Assembly (NCBI GenBank): GCA_043732485.1
Contig: JAYTHP010000012.1
Coordinates: 1-19,987, forward strand
Origin: Oligoflexia bacterium
GTDB taxonomy: Bacteria; Bdellovibrionota; UBA1018
DNA length: 19,987 bases
Reading direction: 5' to 3'
Numbering within the stretch: the first letter of the stretch is position 1; every line of letters starts with the position of its first letter. A program made the translations under genes and the position numbers. Positions 8,801 through 16,245 of the stretch are shown here, in pieces. The notes under the pieces are model-generated. The model made no database searches, was not told where the DNA came from, and saw only the letters and a list, made by a program, of their open reading frames with translations.

Positions 8801-9339
8801 CTCCATCCTCTTCCAAGCTGGATTTGCTGATGGAAACTCTGGAAAACTCCCTGCAAGCAGGTCACCGCGCCTTGATCTTCTCACAGTGGACCAGCTACTT
8901 GGATTTAATCGAGGTAAGGCTAAACGCCAGTCAGGTGAGTTACTTGCGCTTAGATGGCAGCTCCAAAGACCGCGCTGGCCTGGTCGGCGCTTTCCAAAAG
9001 CCCAACGGACCCTCCGTCATGCTCTTGTCGCTAAAAGCAGGCGGCGTGGGGATTACCCTGACTGCGGCTGATCACCTATTTTTAATGGACCCCTGGTGGA
9101 ACCCCGCAGTGCAAAATCAAGCGGCAGACCGAGCGCATCGTATCGGACAAAAACGCTCGGTTTTGGTGCATCAGATGATTGCGGCCAATACTATTGAAGA
9201 GAAGATTTTGACCCTGCAGCGCTCCAAAAGCACCCTGGCGCAAGCAATTTTACAAGGAGAAGAGCGCGAGGTAGCAGGAGCAGCCTCGCAGTCTGGCTTG
9301 ATCAGCCAGCAGGAGATCTTAGAGCTGCTTGCGGACTAG
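5836..9339 (+). CDS. SNF2-family helicase/ATPase with N-terminal SWIM zinc finger
   Basis: 1167 aa. SWIM motif CDC-x9-CVH. Motif I LADDMGLGKT, Ia LIVCPTSV, II LDESQ, III LSGTPIEN, LRRLK, LRQACCH, IV LIFSQWT, V LSLKAGGVGITLTAAD, DPWWNP, VI QAADRAHRIGQ. Confidence 0.96.
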   Translation: MNQEALRKQYFLLFAQLQKQCRPTLWSQGVASVRANRVSFVEERGGEFCFRVTRTDRPFAAQVSVWVEEEDYYCDCGEGGSEEDLCVHLAAALIFHKNSWQKNESQASLTSQLGGKAPEDTHASTSSNTSEPLTPRKPQPEVTTERLTLQLEYRLQRKGDHQLFLSRWWVLLRQPETLEVRADHQPLPSTPHEQQQQQPVLGSLVAWVGGIQSGRIAPRAEGPWKGLRDVGQWMTSQDWAMDAWITSGMQMASQGMQRQVQAQEVCVSGTLTRGFWQIFSQLRLVTYEGRRVAPQAQVWQARAWLRDEPLDGGGGGGGSNRSRARAVRRFRLRIEAAPAGSERLGQSLALQHERLIFLETKKAVGLRSAAPEKEQDKGQETPYETAATQGPGILISRQDLRVWVTERLPALQSKMTVVIETQAWPRFSQARSQMVLFLQAHQRGAGGEPQLQVTPQWELEPDGPGDFKIHRAQDLQPWVVRLKEELHLTLGQSLTLVGEAAVSFLHGAAAAWQWRGSGAEAFQVAGSVQLSLVPQRTPQTASGKGDVGVDEQSSGFQVKVGVAARGSGEARSSWFLEEAAAGLSVGEVLRAWEHGARWISLPSGAWAALPEESLQGYVNVLRRMLEGRKDSVGVIPHYFIPQLLETLGVGGWGGGLGEQSQSQQALQSTRLEPWPSFADLPAAHLPADLQAEPRGYQLQCVAWLAFLRGKGAGALLADDMGLGKTLQVLCALQGRTLIVCPTSVLPAWVLQMQDFRPHLRFAIYGGAGRSLAETDQAEVVLTSYGVLRLDVAVLREPLWDAVVLDESQMIKNPDSQVARAAFQLRGRFRVALSGTPIENRLEDLWSQFHFLNPGLLGSQAEFKARFGGEVAPQPGSSGGGSGLPTLQRLIAPFFLRRLKSQVLTELPPRIEKVLYSQLNDAERTSYEALLASTRSQVLAQLADGAQKKVSLFSILELLLRLRQACCHLALLPGQQQQGGRVGGGIASSAPSSSKLDLLMETLENSLQAGHRALIFSQWTSYLDLIEVRLNASQVSYLRLDGSSKDRAGLVGAFQKPNGPSVMLLSLKAGGVGITLTAADHLFLMDPWWNPAVQNQAADRAHRIGQKRSVLVHQMIAANTIEEKILTLQRSKSTLAQAILQGEEREVAGAASQSGLISQQEILELLAD

Positions 9340-9345
9340 TGGCGT

Positions 9346-11163
9346 TTAGCGGTATAAGTTCCAGTCGGCGTAAATAGCCGCAAGCTTGGGTTGCACCAAG
9401 AGCGCGTAACGCTCAAGTAAGTCCTTGCGCTGCGGATCGGCTTTGGCGTGTTTGGCAAGCACCCGCAACGTCTCCAAGTACATCTGGGATTTACAAAAAG
9501 TTTCACTGTGGGTCATTAAGGCGTCCATGGCTGCCGGTGCCTGGAAGGCTTTTTTAAGCTGGCTTAGACCGCTGAGGGTTTTCAGTTGCGCGCCTAACTG
9601 AGTGCCAAAAATGCGGAAAAGCAGTTTAAAGATCTGGCCGCTCCACTGCAACTCGAATTTTTCTAGATTAAACGCCTGCTTCCCTGAAAAAACATTATGG
9701 AAAGCCGTTTCAGTCGAGCGCCTGGAGTAAGTGGCCAAGGATTTTAGGAAGTTTTGTGGCCTAGCCAGCAGGTCTTGCATGAAATCCTTAAGGCTCATCA
9801 AGGCTTGAATTTGTGAGGTGCCTTCGTACAAGAGAGCGCCGAAGGAATCGCGGTGCAGTCGCTCCACGTTGTACTCCTTCATATAGCCATAGCCGCCAAA
9901 CGCTTGGATCGCTTTTTGCGAAAGCTCGGCATAACTCTCAGCACCATAGAATTTCACGAGTGGGGTGCGCTTTCGCACCACCTTTTGGGCCTTTTTGAAG
10001 AGGGCTAGATCAGCACCAGCGAGCGGGGCAGTGACACGATTTTTCAAATCTAGTTTTTGGAAAATATCAAAAAAACTCAGGGTATCCACCAGTAAGGCAC
10101 GCAAGGCGTCTTGCTCGGTTTCCCAGTCTTGTAAGTTACGGCGAAACAGCGGGAGCTCAAGCAAAGGCTTGCCAAACTGCTGCCGCTGGCTAGCGTAGTC
10201 CCGGGCTGCAGCCAAGGAAGCTTCAATGCCCCCCAAACCCTGCAAACCCACGGAAATGCGGGCTTCATTCATCAGAAATAACATGAGCTTAAAGCCATCG
10301 TGCTCTGCGCCGACCAGCTCCGCAACCGTGTTGTCGTAAACCACCTCACAGGTGATCGAGCCATGCATCCCCATCTTGTCTTCAATGCGGGTCACGCGGT
10401 AGTTGTGCTTGCTGTCGCCGCTTGCCAACCGTAAGTTTTCCTCAGCAAAAAACAGCGATAAGCCCTTAAGTCCGACAGGTCCGCCCGGGATGCGAGCTAA
10501 AACGAAGGCCAGGCCGCCACCCCCATTGGTGATAAAGCATTTCGAGCCGTTGAGTAGGTAACGGCCGTCTGCTTGCTTGACTGCGGTGGTGCGAATACTG
10601 CCCAAATCTGAGCCACAGCCAGGCTCTGTTAAGCACATGCTGCCGCTGATTTTAAACTGCCGAATCATCGGTACCAAGCGCTCCTGGGTGGCAGCATCGC
10701 AAAAACGCTCAATCATGTCGGCAATGCCACTAAAAAAGCCGATCTGAGTGCTCGTTGAAACACAGGCCCGCGAGAGTTGCGCAAAAACTACGAGATGGAG
10801 CAAGGCCGGTGCGCCCAAGCCACCAAAACGGGTAGGCAAGCTCATGCCCAGTAAGTCCAAGGCTGCGGCCTCAGTATAGGTCTTTTGCAAAACCTCGCTC
10901 AAAACCACCTTGTCTTGCACCAAGCTGCCGCCCCCGACGCGGTCTAATTCTGCGGCGCGGGTGGCCACCGATTCGGCGGCCCACTGACCAGAGGCTGAGA
11001 GCAATTCTTCATAAAAATCGATCAGTTCCGATTGGTCACGAAAGCCATCTTTGGTGGGAAACTGGTTACGGCCATAGAGCGGTAACAGGGTGTCCCAGTC
11101 CACCGCATTGCGAAACAAATAACGCCACTCGCTTGAATCGGAATAGAAGTTCATATCTCTCAT
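9346..11163 (-). CDS. Acyl-CoA dehydrogenase family protein (long ~600 aa type)
   Basis: 605 aa. Motifs GSMCLTEPGCGSDL, LNGSKCFITNG, KMGMHGSITC, LMNEAR, YASQRQQFG, IQAFGGYGYMKEY and YEGTSQIQ (catalytic Glu position). Confidence 0.96.
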   Translation of the reverse strand: MRDMNFYSDSSEWRYLFRNAVDWDTLLPLYGRNQFPTKDGFRDQSELIDFYEELLSASGQWAAESVATRAAELDRVGGGSLVQDKVVLSEVLQKTYTEAAALDLLGMSLPTRFGGLGAPALLHLVVFAQLSRACVSTSTQIGFFSGIADMIERFCDAATQERLVPMIRQFKISGSMCLTEPGCGSDLGSIRTTAVKQADGRYLLNGSKCFITNGGGGLAFVLARIPGGPVGLKGLSLFFAEENLRLASGDSKHNYRVTRIEDKMGMHGSITCEVVYDNTVAELVGAEHDGFKLMLFLMNEARISVGLQGLGGIEASLAAARDYASQRQQFGKPLLELPLFRRNLQDWETEQDALRALLVDTLSFFDIFQKLDLKNRVTAPLAGADLALFKKAQKVVRKRTPLVKFYGAESYAELSQKAIQAFGGYGYMKEYNVERLHRDSFGALLYEGTSQIQALMSLKDFMQDLLARPQNFLKSLATYSRRSTETAFHNVFSGKQAFNLEKFELQWSGQIFKLLFRIFGTQLGAQLKTLSGLSQLKKAFQAPAAMDALMTHSETFCKSQMYLETLRVLAKHAKADPQRKDLLERYALLVQPKLAAIYADWNLYR

Positions 11164-11340
11164 TTAAGCACGCTTTGGTGAGCTTGCCTAGCAGTTTCAG
11201 TTGAAAAAAACGCGGGCGGGGCAAGGCTCGTCAGTCGCAAGCGGTTGCTTGATCCCCCTTGCGGTAACGCTTGTGAGGGCTCACGCTTTTTTTTCTGGTT
11301 TACTCTTGACTCTTTTGCGCTCCTGGGGCACCCACGTTTG

Positions 11341-12951
11341 ATGCATTATGCCAAGGTCGTTCATTTGGGCGCAAGAGTGGTGGCCTCAAGGCCAATCCCT
11401 TTCCGTCGTTTACCCGAAAGCTCACGGCTGCGGCTTATTTACCCGCGTGCAAACCTTCCGAGATGGAGGCCCCTGAGGGCGCCGGCGCTGCTAGGTCTCC
11501 TCTGTGTCGTCGTTGGAAGACAAAGCGCACTTTTTGCTGGGCAGAGCGGATCTTTACCCCAGCAGCCGCAGCAGCAGACACCGTCAACGCACGAGGGGTG
11601 TCGTCTCAGGCAAGAGGATGCGGGTCAGTCGCGCTCAGGAGTCAGTCGGAGGGATCGATGGCGCATCGGCGCGGCGGTGGGTGGCGTAGTGAGAGAGGGA
11701 AGCAAAGGCTTGCTGCAGACGGTGCAGGGAGTAGGCTTGAGCCGTGCGCCGGCAAAGCTTGCGCACGCTCTGGCGCAGCAAGAGAGCGACGCTCAGGTTT
11801 TAGCTTCCCCTGAATGGCTGCCCTTTTTAGTGAGCTTAACTCAGTGGTTGCAAGCAGAGCAACGCCATCATCATCCTCACCCTCACCCTCACCCTCACCC
11901 TCACCACCGCTCGTGGCAGGGGCAAGGCAGGGAGTGCGTTGGGGGGTGCGGGGGATGGAAGCTGAGGCTTGCGACGGCAACTAGTTTTTCTACCATTCTT
12001 GCTACCTCTTTGTTTAAAAAAACGATGCTGCCAGAGGTACTCGAGTCCTTGGCCCCATGGGCGCTTGCCCCTTCTCTGCCTTTGCCAGCAGCCTGGCGTG
12101 AGCACTGGCATCAGTGGCTGGGTCTTCTATTACAGATGCAGCAAGGGCAGATGCTGAGGGTTGCAGACGATGAGCGACTCGGTTGGCAAGGGCTGTGGCT
12201 AGGTCGAGGGGGAAGGGGCGTTGTGGGCTCTAAAAAGCGTTTAGGTACAAGCTTTTTGTTGCTCGTGGCGTGGCAACACGTGATGAAAAAAACCTCCCTT
12301 TGTTTGCTTCCGGGACCGTCTCCGCTTGCCCCTTCTCTTGCTCCTGAACGATTTCTGCCAAGCGCGGGCCTTACGGAAGTTTGGCCTTGCTGCGGATTAG
12401 CAGCAGCCCCCGTAGGAGGGGGTTGCCCGCCCGTGGGGGCTTTTTGTCCGAGTCTGGGAGGTCAACACCTACAAAACGTGACGGCGACTTGCGGCGAGTG
12501 CGGCTTGCGTGAGGTTTTGGTGGTGGCTCACCAGGCGTGGGTGTTACCAGAAATCCGTCCACCAGACTTAGGCGGCGGCGAGTTTGATCTCGTGCGCTGG
12601 GTGTCGTCTGTTTTTTTGCTCGTAGGTCTCAGCGATTTTTTGTTTCCTGACGGGCCGCCTGAGCTAGATGTGAGTGTGAGTTGGCAGGAATTGTTATTTT
12701 TTGAGGGCAACAACGACAACCATGTGGCGGCGGTGGGGAATCGTTCTCACGCGCGACAGCAGGCACGTCCGCTTGGGGTCTTTCTTTGCGTCTTGGCGCA
12801 TCGCTTGAAGCACGATTTTCCTACCATTTTTGGTGCCTGGTCGATTGCAGAGGTTGTTGAGGGGATCTGGAAAAACGTGTTGGTGGCAGGCTACGTGTGC
12901 GCTTCCGATGACCAAATCTTGGGCTTAGCGATAAGACTGCCTGCAGGGTGA
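11341..12951 (+). CDS. Orphan hypothetical protein (536 aa from ATG 11341; frame open from 11245)
   Basis: Uninterrupted 1.7-kb frame with no long ORF on the opposite strand to explain it as a shadow. Its C-terminus has a same-strand paralogous fragment at ~16880-17256. No known domain recognised. Start uncertain. Confidence 0.5.
   Translation: MHYAKVVHLGARVVASRPIPFRRLPESSRLRLIYPRANLPRWRPLRAPALLGLLCVVVGRQSALFAGQSGSLPQQPQQQTPSTHEGCRLRQEDAGQSRSGVSRRDRWRIGAAVGGVVREGSKGLLQTVQGVGLSRAPAKLAHALAQQESDAQVLASPEWLPFLVSLTQWLQAEQRHHHPHPHPHPHPHHRSWQGQGRECVGGCGGWKLRLATATSFSTILATSLFKKTMLPEVLESLAPWALAPSLPLPAAWREHWHQWLGLLLQMQQGQMLRVADDERLGWQGLWLGRGGRGVVGSKKRLGTSFLLLVAWQHVMKKTSLCLLPGPSPLAPSLAPERFLPSAGLTEVWPCCGLAAAPVGGGCPPVGAFCPSLGGQHLQNVTATCGECGLREVLVVAHQAWVLPEIRPPDLGGGEFDLVRWVSSVFLLVGLSDFLFPDGPPELDVSVSWQELLFFEGNNDNHVAAVGNRSHARQQARPLGVFLCVLAHRLKHDFPTIFGAWSIAEVVEGIWKNVLVAGYVCASDDQILGLAIRLPAG
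11866..11907 (+). repeat. (CAT)3-(CCTCAC)5 microsatellite encoding HHH(PH)5H
   Basis: Five exact CCTCAC units at 11875-11904. Confidence 0.95.
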
Positions 12952-13183
12952 GACTCAAGGAGTCAGTGCTTTGTATCTGATCTTTTCGCTGATCCTTGAG
13001 CTGCTCAGTGAGTGGGGTTGAGGTGAGGCCTTACGACTCAGTGTACGCAGGCTTGACCTTTGAACCCGCGTCTCATGGTTCAACTCGTGGACCTGCTATC
13101 GCACCTTACTGACTGAGTCTGGGTCCTGTAGAGGCTGTCTTTTGTGGCGCTGGCCCCTCCCCCGGTGTTTCCGACCAGAGGTA

Positions 13184-13229
13184 CTCAAAAGCTGCTCCCC
13201 CCAGCGGAACGGGACCCTCGGGGCTCAAA
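13184..13229. repeat. Conserved 46-bp intergenic block, copy A
   Basis: CTCAAAAGCTGCTCCCCCCAGCGGAACGGGACCCTCGGGGCTCAAA, 44/46 identical to 17351-17396. Confidence 0.95.
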
Positions 13230-13360
13230 ACAGCCTTTGTCCGATCCACGCACACGCACACACTTTAGGTGCAAACTAGGAGCAGAACGCAGACACGCAT
13301 GCAGGCTGCCTCCCGGAAAAAGGTGAGAGTCACCCGAGGAAATGGCTGCTGCTGCTGTTC

Positions 13361-15121
13361 TTATTGCGCTGGGATACTGAAGACGAGGCCCAATCCTGGT
13401 AATCCGAAGGTCGTGCCAAAAAGAGTGGTGCGATCTGGTGATAAAATCAGCGAGTCTTTGTGGATTTCACTAGTACTACCGATAAAGGAATGCAGAATGC
13501 TCAAATTTCCTCCACTGGTAGGAACACTAAAAACCCCTCCATTATGATACGCTCCTCCAAAGGGAGTCATGCCGTAGAGTTTGGAGCCATCCGCGGAGAG
13601 TGTCAGAGAGCCTAGAGGACTAGAGCCGTCATTGGGCCCGCCTGCAAAGAAATGGAGATAAATAGGCGATCCTCCCGTTATCGGAAGGCTAAAGATAGAT
13701 CCAAAAGTGGCTGGTCCGCCCTGACTTATCATACCGCAGAGCTTCGAGCCGTCGGATGACAGGGTCAGGGCGCCATACGGCGCACCCCCGTCGCCGGGTC
13801 CGTTCGTAAAGAAGTGGAAGTAGGTGGGGCTGCCTCCTGTGGCAGGGATACTGAAAATAGAACCCCCAATTAGACCCCCCGGCCCACCGTCACTTGTCAT
13901 ACGGTAAAGCGTTGCGCCTTCCTGAGACTGTGTCAACGAACCCTTGGGATGACCTATATCGCTGAAATTATTTTTAAATGTATAAAAAAAATTAGGCGAT
14001 CCTCCGGTAACCGGAACACTGAAAAGTGCACCATAACCGTTTATCCCGCCGTTCCTCGAAGCGCCGTAAAGTGTTGTGTACCCTCCAGTGAGAGCGTCAG
14101 CGATCCTTTGGGTGGCCCCACCGAGGTGAAGGCGGCGAATAATGTGAGGTAAGTCGGGCTGCCCCCCGTCGAGGGAATACTAAAAATAGAGCCGTATCCT
14201 AATCCTCCTCCCGAGCACATGCCGTAAAGAGTGGAGCCGTCGGCAGAGAGGGTGGGTGTGCCGACGGGAGTATCACCGTCGTTTGCGCCTCCTTTGAAGA
14301 AATAGAGATAAGTAGGCCTTCCTCCGGTCACAGGCATTTTAAAAATCGACCCAAGGTCTGCTGGACCCCCCCCCCTGGCTGTCGTGCCGTAAAGGGTCAA
14401 ACCATCAGGAGACAGACTCAGAGTTCCTATGGCTCCGGCCCCGTCGCTGTCACCGCCATGAAAGAGATAGATGAAGCTATACGCACTAGGCTCACTGACG
14501 ATCGCAGCAGGGCTAGCGCTGCTGGCTAGCGAGCTACCATTTAAAGTCACCCCTAAAGCGCATTTACCAGGCTGAGTTGCGGTAAAAGTTGCGGTGTAAA
14601 CGCCATTTCCTTGACTGGTGATTGGACCAAAGCTGCCAGTGGCGTTAGCGGGTAATAGGTCGCTTACGGGAAATAGGTTACTTACAATGAAGCGCTGTGT
14701 GACGATCCCGATCGGGTTGGGATTGTCACACAGCATCGCGTGCCGTTAAGGTTACATTGAGTGAACTTCCGACAAGCAGTCCTGCGGAGCTACTGGTGAC
14801 TTGGCTTTGGGCCAGTGAAAAGACCGATCCTGCTCCTGCACTATTATTACTCGTGCTTCCAAGCGTGGTACCGCCTGCGCCAGGAAAAGTGCTTTTGGTG
14901 ACACGGCCTGACGACGCTATGAGGATGAGACACGCAAGACTGACAAACCTGTTTCGCGTCATTAGAAGAGTGGGCAGACGAGTGGACGCTAGAGTTGGTG
15001 CTGGAATGATTGCCGAAGGTTGGATTGTTGAGTTTTTTAATGACGGTTGAAATACGAGGGAGGGGCTGTTTTTCTTCTTCATAAAATTTCCTATAGTTTT
15101 TCTTGCTCGATTTAAGTGCAT
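13361..15121 (-). pseudogene. Frameshifted paralogue of the Ig + GloVer-repeat beta-propeller lipoprotein
   Basis: ORFs 14726-15199, 14041-14736 and 13361-13936 align consecutively to the 599-aa ORF. A +1 frameshift at ~14726-14732 gives TGA, and there is a +2 frameshift at ~14073-14080. Lipobox Cys TGT>CGT at 14903-14905. ATG 15121 (MHLNRARK) matches ATG 19351 (MHLTQARK). Confidence 0.9.
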
Positions 15122-15582
15122 TTTCTTGTGTTTGCTTTTAGGAAGCGCTTTGCAGATGTTCCTGATGTTTGGGTGACCAGTATAATTCTCTGGCCGCAAA
15201 AGCTTAATTTTTTTAGGTGTAAGTTTCTTATCTTTAGGTGGTTACTCTATTGCGACTGAGTTTCTCCCTGTCAGATCTCCCTACTCTTCTCACCGAAAAA
15301 ATGCAATTTGGCTGCATTGCTCTAGTGGGTTGAGATGATTGACGGTTCAGCTAAAGAGTACCAGAGATCATTAATCTTAATCTTAGTTTTTCATAAAAAT
15401 AAAAATTTTTTAAATATTTAAATAATTAAAACTCCTTAATCCGATCTAGAGCCCCATTGAGTTACCTATCTACTTTTTTATTTTTCTCTTGAGTTTTATT
15501 TTTTTACAAAAATACCTCCCGCGGTTTTTTTAAGAGAGTCTACAGCAAGGGGAGCTATCGCCTGAGTAAGACCTGGCTTGCC

Positions 15583-16245
15583 TTACTCAGGATTATTAAT
15601 CCAGGCCTCGGTAGGAGCTGGTCTTGGAGTGGGAAACTTCCCGAGTCGTTCTGGGTGCCTCTGGTGCGCTTCAGCTAGGAACTGGCTCCTTGTCTTGGCA
15701 AGCTTCAAGTGCAAGTCGTGATGAATCTGAGCGGGCGTATAGTAAGCCAGGCTGGAGTGGAAGTGATCGGTGCTGTACCAGATGATCCGCCTGTGACAGT
15801 AGCGGCGTGCCTCACCCAGGTTAGCAAATTTTTTGGGAATGTTCGGCGCGTATTTCAAGGTCTTAAACTGGGACTAGGAAAAGGGGGTGTCATCGCCGCG
15901 CCACGATCGCTGTGAATCGTCAGATGGTCTGGGATAATTTTTTGCTGCCGGTAAGCCGATTCGGCCAGTTCTCGCGCGAGCACAGCAGATTCCTTGTTGG
16001 CGACCATGTAACCATCCACGTAACTACTAAAAATATCAGTAAAAATACTTCTCGTGCGTGGGCGGCTTGGTGATATCCCAGCTCCAGAACTGATGCGGCT
16101 TCGTGGCTAAGAGCTCTAGCTTCTGGTAAGACGCCCTACGCGCGATATCTCTCCGCTCGTCGCGCGGCGCCAAGATCCGGTGCATGGTTCTTGATGCACA
16201 CAGGTAAATCGCTTCTTCTAGCAAAGCCGCGACAATGGCCGCCAT
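15583..16245 (-). mobile_element. IS3-family transposase (OrfB, integrase core) remnant
   Basis: Across frames: LLEEAIYLCASRTMHRIL...ELLATKPHQFWSWDITK / DIFSSYVDGYMVANKESAVLA...LTIHSDRGAAMT / PFS*SQFKTLKY...WYSTDHFHSSLAYYTP...EAWINNP. Two frameshifts, an internal deletion and an in-frame TAG. OrfA is absent. Confidence 0.9.

Larger units (their letters stand above)
12735..15150. repeat. Diverged direct segmental duplication, copy A
   Basis: Collinear similarity to ~17010-19390, covering the orphan 3' end, the intergenic spacer, the whole propeller gene and its 5' flank. Boundaries approximate. Confidence 0.9.

Noticed and set aside
14041..14736. Programmed frameshifting or phase variation restoring copy A
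   Set aside because: No slippery heptamer or long homopolymer at either indel, and additional missense lesions indicate decay.
15122..15199. TTG start at 15199 for the first pseudogene fragment
   Set aside because: Homology with copy B places the start at ATG 15121 or at the downstream ATG 14962.
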